A DNA stretch of 64,000 bases from a virus (taxonomy: Duplodnaviria; Caudoviricetes): positions 68,636 to 132,635 of IMG/VR virus record IMGVR_UViG_3300028914_000003; one strand, written 5' to 3'. A model generated the notes under the pieces. It was not told the DNA's origin. It saw nothing but the letters and a program-made list of their open reading frames with translations, and made no database searches. Each line of letters opens with the position of its first letter. Within the stretch, counting starts at the first letter, position 1. A program made the position numbers and the translations under genes. Positions 37,787-47,147 of this stretch are shown in pieces.

Positions 37787-37850
37787 AGCAATGGGTATTC
37801 CCGCTCAAAATTCATAATGTAACAGATCACTTTTGGCTTAATTGCCGGTG

Positions 37851-37882
37851 CAAAGGTAACAAATAAGTTGCAAACCGCCAAA
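37851..37882 (-). promoter_or_regulatory. original hicAB promoter
   Basis: TTTG-N20-TACCTTTG upstream of the split ATG. Confidence 0.75.
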
Positions 37883-37970
37883 TCTTTTTGCAACTTTTTT
37901 GTTAGCAAGCATCATTTTTAACATTCCAGCATACAAGACAAGCCGCCCATCCTTGTATGCTCTAAACGTC

Positions 37971-38006
37971 TGCCCTTGATTTTGCAGGGCGGTGTCTGTA
38001 TCTTGC
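37971..38006 (+). promoter_or_regulatory. phage late-type promoter motif
   Basis: TGCCCTTG-N20-TATCTTGC. Confidence 0.75.
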
Positions 38007-38028
38007 CGGTAGACAAAACGATACGACC

Positions 38029-39288
38029 ATGTTCATAACAACAGAGAACGAGATCAACAGCCTGATGCCCACGGCACGTTGGGACAGGCCGGATCAGCTG
38101 AAGGGCTATCTCGAGGAAGAGGAACGCGTAGCGCTGGAACCCCTTCTCGGTACGACGCTGTACCAGCACCTGTGTAATGAGTACGAGCGCTTGCGTGACA
38201 CCTATGTCGATATCACGGCCACCACCATCAAGCCGACGAAGAAGGCCAAGGACGATCCCGGTGTCCCCTATGCCGACGTCACCGAGCGCCTGAATATGAT
38301 TCAGAAAGGAGGCCGTCATACCGTCCCCTGCCCACTGATTCCCGACGAGTATGTCGATGTGCCGGAGAAGGACATGCTCACGATACGCCTGCTGCGCATC
38401 TGCCAGCAGATAGAGTTCTACAAGATGCTGTCGCACAAGACGGGCTTGCTGACTGTCTCCTTCAACGAGGGCGGCGGCATGAACATGGTCTCTGCCGAAG
38501 GCTACGAGCCCGCCGACGAGAAGCGTATGGAGCGTGTCGTGAAGGATGCCTTCATGAGTGCCGGCCGCGCCGTCGACTCGCTGCTGCTGTTCCTCGAGGC
38601 CGACGCCAAGGGCGACAGGGTCTTCACCCAGATGTGGCAGGAGGCCGATGCCTTCTGGCTGCACAGAGACCTGCTGTTCCAGACGGCGCGCGTGCTTAAC
38701 GAGTACCTGGACATCCGTGGTGAGCGTGCCGCCTATGTGTCACTTGTCAGGGACATCCGCTTCTGTCAGAACACCTACCTGAAGCCGCGCATCGGCGCCC
38801 GTCTGCTGAAGTCCGTCGTGGAGTATGCCAACGGCCTCCTTACCCCCGACTCCAAGAAAGGCGATGACAGCGACTCCATGGGCAGCAGTTCCTCTGGCTC
38901 CTCCATCTCTTCCGGCCTGCCTGACGGCGAGACGATGGACGAGCTGCTGTCGATGCTCAGGACGGCGCTGGCCTTCTATGTCGAGAGCCGCCGTACTACG
39001 CTGGGACCGAAGGAGGAGAAGCTGGCGCGGCGCGACTCGATGACCGAAGCCCAGCAGGCGATGGCCATGGCCTGCCAGTTCGTCGAGGAGAACCTCGATC
39101 TGCTTGGCGATGCCGCCAAGGACTCCCCCATATACAAGAAGGTGAAGGAAGCAGAGGCGCAGGCCGCCAAGGACGCTGAGAATGCCGAGGCGGCACACCG
39201 CCGTCACTGCCGTCAGCAATGCGAGCAGTCACGGCGCAAGCTCTTCACAGCGTTCCCTGCCACGCACAGGACGCCGGAGAGGAAGTGA
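38029..39288 (+). CDS. putative head-tail adaptor (DUF6712-like)
   Basis: Duplicated motif LEPLLGTTLY / LKPRIGARLL; internal DDSDSMGSSSSGSS loop. Confidence 0.5.
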   Translation: MFITTENEINSLMPTARWDRPDQLKGYLEEEERVALEPLLGTTLYQHLCNEYERLRDTYVDITATTIKPTKKAKDDPGVPYADVTERLNMIQKGGRHTVPCPLIPDEYVDVPEKDMLTIRLLRICQQIEFYKMLSHKTGLLTVSFNEGGGMNMVSAEGYEPADEKRMERVVKDAFMSAGRAVDSLLLFLEADAKGDRVFTQMWQEADAFWLHRDLLFQTARVLNEYLDIRGERAAYVSLVRDIRFCQNTYLKPRIGARLLKSVVEYANGLLTPDSKKGDDSDSMGSSSSGSSISSGLPDGETMDELLSMLRTALAFYVESRRTTLGPKEEKLARRDSMTEAQQAMAMACQFVEENLDLLGDAAKDSPIYKKVKEAEAQAAKDAENAEAAHRRHCRQQCEQSRRKLFTAFPATHRTPERK

Positions 39289-39321
39289 TAACGACTACGA
39301 ATTAAACGAATTATACGAATT

Positions 39322-39495
39322 ATGAAAACAGCAGCTTATGCAATTATGATGTTCTTGCTCATCGCATCAACCATCATGTGTTATTTCAAGGACGGACAGG
39401 AAAAGCCGGAGAAACATCGGACGTACAACTTCAAGAGATTCGCCATCGGATCCCTGTTATTCAGCACTCTCATTTCCCTCATTTACTGGCTCTGA
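39322..39495 (+). CDS. small 2-TM membrane protein (57 aa)
   Basis: MKTAAYAIMMFLLIASTIMCYF..FAIGSLLFSTLISLIYWL. Confidence 0.55.
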   Translation: MKTAAYAIMMFLLIASTIMCYFKDGQEKPEKHRTYNFKRFAIGSLLFSTLISLIYWL

Positions 39496-39581
39496 CACCC
39501 TGCCCTTGGCTTCGTCGAGCGCAACCATCACCTCGGCATAACCATCGAGTAAGACTCGTGGATTCTGCACTCGGTTTAAGT

Positions 39582-39617
39582 TGCCCTTGATGACCGGCCC
39601 TGTTCTTAGTAAATTTG
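39582..39617 (+). promoter_or_regulatory. phage late-type promoter motif
   Basis: TGCCCTTG-N20-TAAATTTG. Confidence 0.7.
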
Positions 39618-39643
39618 CAATAACGACACAAAAATATTAGGAT

Positions 39644-41545
39644 ATGAACATCGGACTATTAAACATCATGCACACGAAGGTGTGGGACTTCCGCCCCGAC
39701 ATGGCACAGACGTATGCCGACGCGCTGAAGAACGCCATCGAGCTGCATATCCCCAACGACATCGAGAAGAAGCACGGCTACTTCCTCTCGAAGAAGGGAT
39801 TCCAGAGGGACGGACAGACTGTCGGTGCGAACTTCGAGGACAAGCTCTACGTGGGCAACATCCACCGTATCGAGAGCCACCTGTACTGGAACGACGAGGA
39901 GCTGCAGGAGGACGACCAGATCATCAACGTGGTCGTCGTCGACGGTCCTGTCACCCGTGACGGCGACGGCTGCTCGTACGGCACGAAGGACTTCCGTGAC
40001 CAGGTGATGTATGCCAACACCATCCCGCAGGTGGTGGGCCACCTCTTTGTCATCAACACCCCCGGCGGTCAGGCATCCTGCCGTAACGACTACGACATGA
40101 TGATTGAGGACTGCCGGAAGAACGGCAAGCCCACCGTGGCCTTTGTCGACGGCATGTGCTGCTCGTCAGGTGTTGCCCTTGCCTGCCGCTGCGACCGCGT
40201 CGTGGTGATGAACCCGCGCGACGAGTACGGCTGTATCGGCACCATGGCTGCTTTCTGGGCTGTTGCCCATGACACCGTCGACTCCGACGGCTACCGCTAT
40301 GTGGAGCTCGTCGGCAAGGACTGTCCCGACAAGAACGCCTGGTATCGCGACGCCGCCAAGGGCGAGTACGAGAAGCTGCAGGCCGAGCTCGACAAGAACA
40401 CCGAGGAGTTCCATGATGACGTACGCCATAACCGCCCGCTTGTCACCGACGATATGCTCACCGGCAAGGTCTTCGAGGCCCAGGAGGTCATCCCAGCACT
40501 TGTCGATGAGATCGGTGACATGAACCGCGCCATCGAGTGCGTGTTTGAACTCGCCGACGAGACGCTCACCGCCGCACGCCTGGTGACGGCAGAACCGAAG
40601 GAGGACGAAGGTGAGAAGCCGGAGCATGAGGAGCCCGAGGAACTGGCCAGGCTCACAGAGCAGCAGAAGGCCGCCATGGCTGCTGAAGCCAGCAAGGGTA
40701 ACCTCGTGATGGCCGAGGACGGACACGTCACCAAGGAGGTGGACGGTTTCTTCGGCCCTGAGACAGTAGAAGTTGCACAACCCCAAAACGAGAATAATAT
40801 GACAGAAGAAGAGAAGAAGGCCGCTGAAGCTGTCGAGATGCAGCAAGCCGCCGAGCAGGTAGAACAGCCTGCCGCAGAAGCAGCAGCCGAGGAAGCACCC
40901 GCGACCGAAGCTCCCGCTGCAACAGAAAAGACGACTGAGGAAGCACCTGCTGCCGAAGAGGAGAAGCCCGCCGAGGAAGCACCTGCTGCCGAAGAGGAGA
41001 AACCCGCTGAGGAAGCACCTGCTGCCGAAGAGGAGAAACCTGCCGAGGAAGCACCTGCTGCCGAAGAGGAGAAACCTGCCGAGGAAGCACCCGCTGCCGA
41101 AGAGGAGAAGCCCGCCGAGGAAGCACCCGCTGATACCCAGCAGGCCCTGCACGATGCCCAGCAGATGATTGCCGACAAGGACAAGGAGATTGCAGACCTG
41201 AAGTCCGACATGGAAGGCAAGGCCAACAGTATCGAGCAGCTGCAGGCAGACATCGACCAGGCCCGCAAGGACATCGAAGCTGCCAACGGCACCCTCGCCG
41301 AGAAGGACAAGTCCATCGAGGAGAAGGACGCCCTGATCGAGCAGCTGAAGAAGCAGGTCAGCGACCTGAAGGACGAGGTGAAGGAGCTGGCCAGCAAGCC
41401 TGCCCCGATGACCGACGAGAAGAGCGGCATCCCCGCCGACAACGGCACCGGCGGTGCTCCGAAGGTTCGCCAGAAGCGCATCACCCGTGAGAACATGACC
41501 TACGAGAACTGCCGCAAGGCAGCCAAGGAAGCCAAGGCAGAATAG
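39644..41545 (+). CDS. S49-family prohead protease fused to a scaffold region
   Basis: INTPGG, GMCCSSG and GCIG motifs; acidic repeats and a coiled-coil C-terminus; upstream of the capsid gene. Confidence 0.85.
   Translation: MNIGLLNIMHTKVWDFRPDMAQTYADALKNAIELHIPNDIEKKHGYFLSKKGFQRDGQTVGANFEDKLYVGNIHRIESHLYWNDEELQEDDQIINVVVVDGPVTRDGDGCSYGTKDFRDQVMYANTIPQVVGHLFVINTPGGQASCRNDYDMMIEDCRKNGKPTVAFVDGMCCSSGVALACRCDRVVVMNPRDEYGCIGTMAAFWAVAHDTVDSDGYRYVELVGKDCPDKNAWYRDAAKGEYEKLQAELDKNTEEFHDDVRHNRPLVTDDMLTGKVFEAQEVIPALVDEIGDMNRAIECVFELADETLTAARLVTAEPKEDEGEKPEHEEPEELARLTEQQKAAMAAEASKGNLVMAEDGHVTKEVDGFFGPETVEVAQPQNENNMTEEEKKAAEAVEMQQAAEQVEQPAAEAAAEEAPATEAPAATEKTTEEAPAAEEEKPAEEAPAAEEEKPAEEAPAAEEEKPAEEAPAAEEEKPAEEAPAAEEEKPAEEAPADTQQALHDAQQMIADKDKEIADLKSDMEGKANSIEQLQADIDQARKDIEAANGTLAEKDKSIEEKDALIEQLKKQVSDLKDEVKELASKPAPMTDEKSGIPADNGTGGAPKVRQKRITRENMTYENCRKAAKEAKAE
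40937..41131 (+). repeat. 36-bp tandem repeat encoding EEAPAAEEEKPA, 5.4 copies
   Basis: Units start at 40937, 40973, 41009, 41045, 41081 and 41117. Confidence 0.95.
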
Positions 41546-41557
41546 TCCGCTGCGGCC

Positions 41558-41593
41558 TGCCCTTGATTTCGCAGGGAAATATTGCTAACTTAG
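41558..41593 (+). promoter_or_regulatory. phage late-type promoter motif
   Basis: TGCCCTTG-N20-TAACTTAG upstream of the capsid gene. Confidence 0.65.
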
Positions 41594-41637
41594 CATTATC
41601 GAAACATATTTATCAACCCACAAAAACAAAACAGATT

Positions 41638-42909
41638 ATGGCTTACGCATTAAGTATTGCTGAGATCCAGTCCGTTAAGGAACAGATCCATGAGGAACTG
41701 GTGGCCAAGGCCTACCTCCTCGACGACTCAATGTTTGGAGACCTCGGTTTCAAGGTGACTACCAATGTCGAGAACATCGACATCTGTCGTATCTTCAACC
41801 GCAAGGGTCTCGTAGCACGTCCCTACCGTGTAGGTAACGTGAAACCCTCACAGCTGGCTAAGATCCTTGACAACCCCGCCAAGGTCGAGCCTTACTACAT
41901 CAAGGCTGAGGACTCTATCGAGCGCTACCGCGAGAAGGGCCCGTACAACGTAGTCGACGGCTCCGGTGAGTCTGAGATGTCTCAGAAGAACATGCAGGAG
42001 ATTGCCGGCCGCGCCGCTGAGGACGTCCGCTTCAATGTATGGTTCGGCAACCCCGCCAACCGTTCGCTGGAGGATACCGCTGAGAACCAGGTGAAGCTCG
42101 GCCTGAGCCTGTTCAAGGGTATCTACACCATCATCGCCGAGAAGCGTACCGATGGTACCATCAGCGTTCAGAACCGCAACCTGATCATGACCGGCGACAT
42201 CACCGGCAAGACCGCCAAGCAGGTGTACGACATCCTGGTGGACTTCTACACCAAGCTGCACCCGGCACTGAAGAAGCCCGAGCAGACCACGTACATCTAC
42301 GCTGCCGACAACTTCTGCCGTCTGGCCATCAAGGGTTACATGGAGACCTTCCCGCAGATCTCTCCGCAGGTCACACAGGCCGGCTGGAAATTTGTCGAGA
42401 TGCCTAACATCATCCTGAAGACTTCTGCTGCCATGGGCGTCGGCGGCCAGCTCGTCGCCTCCGTCGACGGTAACCTGGAGTTCATCTGCGACACCCGCGA
42501 GGGAACAGCCCAGATCCGCATCGGCCAGACCAACGAGGACCTGACCATCATCGGCTACCAGATCAACGCCGCTGCTACCACGCGTATCCGCGACTACGAT
42601 CCTCAGGTATTCGCATGTAACGATGCCGTCAACACGTACGACTGGACTCCCGGCCAGTACATCGCCGACATCTTCACTGCCACCAGCGAGGACACCACTG
42701 AGGGCACCGTCTCTATCGTGAGCGGCCAGAAGGACCTCTATGCCGACGGCGACATCATCACCGTGAAGGCTGAGCCCAAGGACGGCTTCAAGTTCGTAGG
42801 CTGGAGCGACAAGAGCACTGCCAACCCCTACAACTACGAGTTCGGCGGCGGCGTTGTCAACCTCGTCGCACGCTTCGAGGAAGAGGATGACAGCTCTTCT
42901 GGCGAGTGA
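41638..42909 (+). CDS. major capsid protein with C-terminal InlB-B-repeat/Ig-like domain
   Basis: Follows the protease/scaffold; strong codon bias; C-terminal ITVKAEPKDGFKFVGWSD..LVARF. Confidence 0.8.
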   Translation: MAYALSIAEIQSVKEQIHEELVAKAYLLDDSMFGDLGFKVTTNVENIDICRIFNRKGLVARPYRVGNVKPSQLAKILDNPAKVEPYYIKAEDSIERYREKGPYNVVDGSGESEMSQKNMQEIAGRAAEDVRFNVWFGNPANRSLEDTAENQVKLGLSLFKGIYTIIAEKRTDGTISVQNRNLIMTGDITGKTAKQVYDILVDFYTKLHPALKKPEQTTYIYAADNFCRLAIKGYMETFPQISPQVTQAGWKFVEMPNIILKTSAAMGVGGQLVASVDGNLEFICDTREGTAQIRIGQTNEDLTIIGYQINAAATTRIRDYDPQVFACNDAVNTYDWTPGQYIADIFTATSEDTTEGTVSIVSGQKDLYADGDIITVKAEPKDGFKFVGWSDKSTANPYNYEFGGGVVNLVARFEEEDDSSSGE

Positions 42910-43017
42910 TACGATTGGGGGTGAGCGGGGTGAGTAGCATCCCTCCTGCCTTGCAAAAGCCCTGCCCCCTGATTTTCTTTCATAAGTTCAACACAAAAAC
43001 CCTAAATAAGAACGATT

Positions 43018-43587
43018 ATGTCAAATCTTTGCATTCCTAAGTCAGTTCTCTCCAGCGCCAGCTGTATTGAGAACCCCGCAGGCCTGAGCAACCATCTCTG
43101 GGCCGTTCACATCGACGATGTGAAAGTCACCGTCAGCGATGACAAGAACCAGTACGAGATTGAAGCAGCCGCCGGCGGAGCTGCGGCCATCCAGGGTATC
43201 CGTATCGACTTCAAGAGCCAGACCGGACAGTACACCTCTGAGGACAACGGCACCGGCAAGGGCTGGACAGGTACCGGCACCGGCCGCGTCGAGCTCAGTG
43301 AGGACGACATGGCATGGACATCGCGTGTCCTGCACAACTCGGACAAGTACCTGTACTTCATGCCTACCGGCAAGAAGGTGACCGTCAACAACGTCCAGGT
43401 TCCCGAGTACGTCGTTATCGGTAACGACAACGGCGAGGCCGAGTGGGCTGTCGCAGCCGACACGGGTGCTGCACGTAACGATGACCACGGTCAGACGTTC
43501 ACCATCACCTGCGCCTACCAGCTGTACCCGATCACCAAGTTCTACGGCACCATCCAGGAGAAGGCCGTGGACGATTCAAGCAACTAA
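43018..43587 (+). CDS. major tail tube protein (putative)
   Basis: 189-aa beta-rich protein (CIENPAGL, VVIG, DTGAA) after the capsid gene; followed by a terminator. Confidence 0.6.
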   Translation: MSNLCIPKSVLSSASCIENPAGLSNHLWAVHIDDVKVTVSDDKNQYEIEAAAGGAAAIQGIRIDFKSQTGQYTSEDNGTGKGWTGTGTGRVELSEDDMAWTSRVLHNSDKYLYFMPTGKKVTVNNVQVPEYVVIGNDNGEAEWAVAADTGAARNDDHGQTFTITCAYQLYPITKFYGTIQEKAVDDSSN

Positions 43588-43630
43588 ACGGGCTGCACGA
43601 GTCATAGTGTTTAGATATTTTGTTAGTCAG

Positions 43631-43666
43631 AGGCTCAGGCTCCGCATGATGGGCCTGGGCCTTTTT
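43631..43666 (+). terminator. intrinsic terminator
   Basis: Stem aggctcaggctc/gggcctgggcct followed by a T-tract. Confidence 0.75.
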
Positions 43667-43697
43667 CAGTCACAGTCAGACCTAAAAGTTCATATTT

Positions 43698-44390
43698 ATG
43701 AGAATCATTGAGCCATGTTGCGCAGAGAGACAGATGCTGCAGCTGCGCAAATCCATAGAAGGCGGCGGCAATACACAGTTCCGGGGCTATGGCGACCTGT
43801 CGCTCACCGAGATACTGCCGGCCCTTCTCACCCGCTACAGCGAGACGGAGATGATGATTGTCGCCCCGTCGGTGCCGGACCAGGCCGCCGAGATCATCCG
43901 CCGCTGGATGAAGCGCCAGTGGGCACGCATGGACGGCAGGGGACAGCTTGATGTCATCGCAAAGCTGACCATCGTCGCCGACCTGTCTGAAGAGAAGTCA
44001 CCGCTGGCCAGCAGCTGGCTGAAGGACAATCCCTTCGACGGACGCCTCGTGCTTGCCGACAGGGCACAGACAGACACCGCCCTGCTCCTTCCGGACCTTG
44101 CCGTCACCGGACCGCTGAATATGCGCTACGGCCATACGTTCATCTGCCGTGTCACCGCCGACAAGGATGATGTCGACGCTCTCTGGAAGCAGTATATGCG
44201 TCTCGCCAAGACAGCCGCACGCAAGACCAGGAAGACCGTCGGCAGACAGGATGACAGCGAGGCCGCCGAGACCGTGCAGGAGCCCGTCATAGAGCCTGCC
44301 GCAGAGGCACCGGCTGCAGAGGAGCCAGTAGTCACCGAGCCAGCCGACGAAATGCCGGAGGCTGCCGAAAAAGAGGAGACAGGAGAATGA
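43698..44390 (+). CDS. hypothetical protein, possibly a degenerate PLD-like fold
   Basis: AVTGPLNM resembles the GSxN element, but HxK is absent; acidic tail. Confidence 0.4.
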   Translation: MRIIEPCCAERQMLQLRKSIEGGGNTQFRGYGDLSLTEILPALLTRYSETEMMIVAPSVPDQAAEIIRRWMKRQWARMDGRGQLDVIAKLTIVADLSEEKSPLASSWLKDNPFDGRLVLADRAQTDTALLLPDLAVTGPLNMRYGHTFICRVTADKDDVDALWKQYMRLAKTAARKTRKTVGRQDDSEAAETVQEPVIEPAAEAPAAEEPVVTEPADEMPEAAEKEETGE

Positions 44391-44890
44391 GAACGTGCCG
44401 CGAATATGAGCTTGACGACCTGCTGGCCGTCACCGCTATCCCCGTCGACGATTTTCCGCTGGGGCTGCAGGCATGGCAGCTGAAGCCTGTCATCCCCGGT
44501 GAGGCGTTCTCGCCGGTGAAGACTAACGCCATCGTCATAGGCCAGCAGCCTGCCACCCCCGGCGGCATGCTCGTGCCTATCGTGCGCATGTCCGGCAAGG
44601 TGAAGGATGAAGAGGACGATGCCGTAGCCGGGCGCAGGCATGTCGTCACCGTGACCTGTGAGGCCGATGACCGCGACCTGGCGGCCGACAGCGGCGGCAG
44701 GACTGTTCCCGACTATATGCTGCAGCTGGAGCGCACGCCGAGCCATCTGCTGCTCATGTTCCGTGGCGGCACACAGGCTTTCGTCGCTGCCACCCGCGAC
44801 ACCTATGTCTGCAAGGTCGACCGTGACGGTGCCAAGACGGGCATCACCCTGAAGGTCGAGGACATGATGGGCATACAGAGAATTTTGTAG
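44387..44890 (+). CDS. hypothetical protein
   Basis: ATGA overlap with the upstream gene. Confidence 0.7.
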   Translation: MRTCREYELDDLLAVTAIPVDDFPLGLQAWQLKPVIPGEAFSPVKTNAIVIGQQPATPGGMLVPIVRMSGKVKDEEDDAVAGRRHVVTVTCEADDRDLAADSGGRTVPDYMLQLERTPSHLLLMFRGGTQAFVAATRDTYVCKVDRDGAKTGITLKVEDMMGIQRIL

Positions 44891-44911
44891 TAGTTTGTGT
44901 GTTAATAATGG

Positions 44912-44947
44912 TGGGGTGCCGGTACCAACATGTGGCCGGCACCCCAC
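44912..44947. terminator. hairpin between convergent operons
   Basis: tggggtgccgg/ccggcacccca stem. Confidence 0.6.
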
Positions 44948-44996
44948 AGTCTATCACGGCAAGTGATGGATATCGGGTGATGTGAGATGCAGGGTA

Positions 44997-45281
44997 TTAT
45001 CTTAACAGGCCCGCCAGCTTCCTGAGAGCCCAGATTCCTGCCTCGTAAGCAGCGTTGCCTGCAACGTTTGACAGGAAGTCCTGCCCAAAGGTCTGCTGGG
45101 TCTGCTGCAGCTTTGTCAGCTGTGCCGACTGCTGCTGGAGTGCTTTCATGATATCGTCGGTGCTATGCTGCTGCATGGCCATCCTGACGAAGAGTTGTCT
45201 TTCCTCGGGTGTCATGCGGTCGTAGATGTCTTCAAGCATCCTTCGGCGCATGAGCGCTTCGGCGGCAGCAGCATAGCCCAT
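44997..45281 (-). CDS. hypothetical Gln-rich protein (94 aa)
   Basis: Last gene of the minus-strand module; likely start MGYAAA. Confidence 0.65.
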   Translation of the reverse strand: MGYAAAAEALMRRRMLEDIYDRMTPEERQLFVRMAMQQHSTDDIMKALQQQSAQLTKLQQTQQTFGQDFLSNVAGNAAYEAGIWALRKLAGLLR

Positions 45282-45316
45282 GACATGAAAACGTATTAAA
45301 TCACGCCAGGTACGGC

Positions 45317-45817
45317 CTACCACAGGAAGTACTTGCGGATGTTATAGACGCCGTCCTTGTCCTTCAAGGTCTTCAGGGCCAGCTTATAGCAGGCGGTGAT
45401 GATATCCTTGTCGTTAGGACTGAGCGGCTTTCCGAGCAGCTCGGCAATGACGTCGCCGGCATCGCTGTACTGCTTGTTCATCTCGACCCACAGGGCGCAA
45501 CTGTTATAATAGGGAGCATCCTCTGTGGGAAGGCCGAAGGACTCCATGGTCTGCTTCCATACATCACGCGACCATGGTCCTTTCGGGTCCATGCCGGCGA
45601 TGATTTTCTCTGCCTCTGCCTTGGTCAGGTACTGCTTCCACTTGATGCTCTCGAGCTGGTCAATCATCTCCTCGGCCTCACTTGGCAGCTTCTGGATCAT
45701 GACGTCCATCATCTTTGTCATCACACACCCGAAGGCCTTCATGTTCTTCGGGTCTTTCGAGTTGGCCATGTAGTCGTACAGACTGTCATAGCGTTCTTTG
45801 AGTTCTGTTGCGTTCAT
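45317..45817 (-). CDS. conserved helical phage protein of unknown function
   Basis: WVEMNKQYSD and LALKTLKDKD, recalled from a widespread gut-phage family. Confidence 0.65.
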   Translation of the reverse strand: MNATELKERYDSLYDYMANSKDPKNMKAFGCVMTKMMDVMIQKLPSEAEEMIDQLESIKWKQYLTKAEAEKIIAGMDPKGPWSRDVWKQTMESFGLPTEDAPYYNSCALWVEMNKQYSDAGDVIAELLGKPLSPNDKDIITACYKLALKTLKDKDGVYNIRKYFLW

Positions 45818-45924
45818 CTTATTTTCAAATTAAACAGTTTTTCACCTTGCTTCAGACCTGCTTACTTGCAGGACACCTGCAAGAACAGGCTGAAGACGTG
45901 GAATTTTATTTCCTTCTTTTTGAA

Positions 45925-46368
45925 TTAGCCGCGGTCCTGGCCTTCTTCTTCGCCGTTGTTTCCTTTTGTGGCTGTGCCTTTTCCGCTGCGTGAGCGCCGC
46001 CGCATGCCGGGCACGGTGTCTCCGGCACGCTTCTTGTCGTCATCGGCGGTATCTGCTGCTGAAAAAATCTTTCCATAGATGTAATCATAAAGTCTGTCGA
46101 CAAGTCCTTCCGTCATCTCCAGCCAGATGGCTGCATAGGCAGAAAGGAAGGATATGGCGAGCAGCCGTGCCAGGCCGGAGGGGTTGGCGGCAAAGCCGTC
46201 GCCGCTCAGGCCGTATGCCAGTACACACCAGAACGTCAGGCACCGCGGGCAGCTGATCACCGGCAGCGCCTTGCGCTTCCTGAAGACCATCCTGATAGCC
46301 GTACCTATCAGTCCCATGTGGTTCGCTGTGGTACAGACGAACACGATCGACGCTATATCCTTCCACAT
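45925..46368 (-). CDS. membrane protein with CxxC motif
   Basis: Hydrophobic segments flanking SCPRCLTFW. Confidence 0.65.
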   Translation of the reverse strand: MWKDIASIVFVCTTANHMGLIGTAIRMVFRKRKALPVISCPRCLTFWCVLAYGLSGDGFAANPSGLARLLAISFLSAYAAIWLEMTEGLVDRLYDYIYGKIFSAADTADDDKKRAGDTVPGMRRRSRSGKGTATKGNNGEEEGQDRG

Positions 46369-46553
46369 TGTCAAGTTCCTACTAAGTTCGTATCAAGCTC
46401 CTACTAAGTTTGCCTTTGAACATTCCGCAGGCATGTCAAGAGATGTCAAAGCTGTTAATTCCAAGAGCCGGGTGGAATCCACTTTGTCAATCTCAGAGCC
46501 ATTATCAATACCAATGTGCAAGCACATCAATATTGATAATGGTCCGGGATGCT

Positions 46554-47030
46554 TTACGCTCCTGCTGTCACCTCGATAGATGTCGTGATGGCAATCTGGT
46601 TCGTACACGGCTTCGTAGCACGACAGCATCCGCATCCGTTGTTCACATAGTAGGTGATGGGCTTCGGGCTGGCGTTGATAGTACCCAAGGCGAGCTTTGG
46701 CTGCGTGGCCGACGTTGTGGTGATGCAGTCCTGCCATGTGACGTACTCTGTTTCGGGCTTGCACGAACCGCACGGGCAGTAAGTCACAGTTCCAGAAATC
46801 AGAAACTCCTGGCAGTAGATGCCGTTTCCGAGGTCAACAGGGTTGCCTACAGGCGAAATCTGCAGGTCGGAGATGACGGGATGCGCTGGGTCGGCCAGCA
46901 GCATCTTGCGGTTGCCACAGGTGTAGTGCGTCAGCCCGAAGGCATACACACCGGCGGTCTCGGATGCCAGCAGGAAATCCTTCCTGTCCGAGCCGTTCTT
47001 GCAGTTACAGTTACAATTACAGTTCATCAT
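46554..47030 (-). CDS. Cys-rich beta protein (14 Cys in 158 aa)
   Basis: NCNCNCNC, YCPCGSC, GCGCC. Confidence 0.75.
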   Translation of the reverse strand: MMNCNCNCNCKNGSDRKDFLLASETAGVYAFGLTHYTCGNRKMLLADPAHPVISDLQISPVGNPVDLGNGIYCQEFLISGTVTYCPCGSCKPETEYVTWQDCITTTSATQPKLALGTINASPKPITYYVNNGCGCCRATKPCTNQIAITTSIEVTAGA

Positions 47031-47147
47031 GTTTTGTTTTTGTGTTGTTGATTATCTCGGGAGCCTACTCTCGTGCGCCGCTCCCACCATGCGCTGTATG
47101 TCTGCCGGTGTACCACCTTCTGTACTGGTACACCCCTGGTACACCCC

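Larger units (their letters stand above)
35918..37813 (-). mobile_element. IS200/IS605-family element with divergent tnpA and tnpB
   Basis: Subterminal hairpins with TTTA loops at both ends; right end TCAA; inserted 3' of TTAT; no target duplication. Confidence 0.92.

Noticed and set aside
35918-37813. IStron that would splice out and restore hicA at the RNA level
   Set aside because: There is no room for, or sign of, a group I intron; tnpA runs almost to the left end.
36130-37866. 578-aa plus-strand ORF and other long antisense ORFs (e.g. 25399-26883, 27691-29001, 32947-34230)
   Set aside because: They are shadow frames of real genes with strong codon bias and show no recognisable motifs.
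39501-39536. Extra TGCCCTTG copy (and AGCCCTTG at 35116)
   Set aside because: No TAnnTT element at the 20-nt spacing, so they were not counted as promoters.
40937-41131. 36-bp repeats of CRISPR-like length
   Set aside because: The units are directly tandem, in frame and coding, with no spacers.
43698-44390. Active phospholipase D/nuclease
   Set aside because: The catalytic HxK is absent; the fold resemblance is only tentative.
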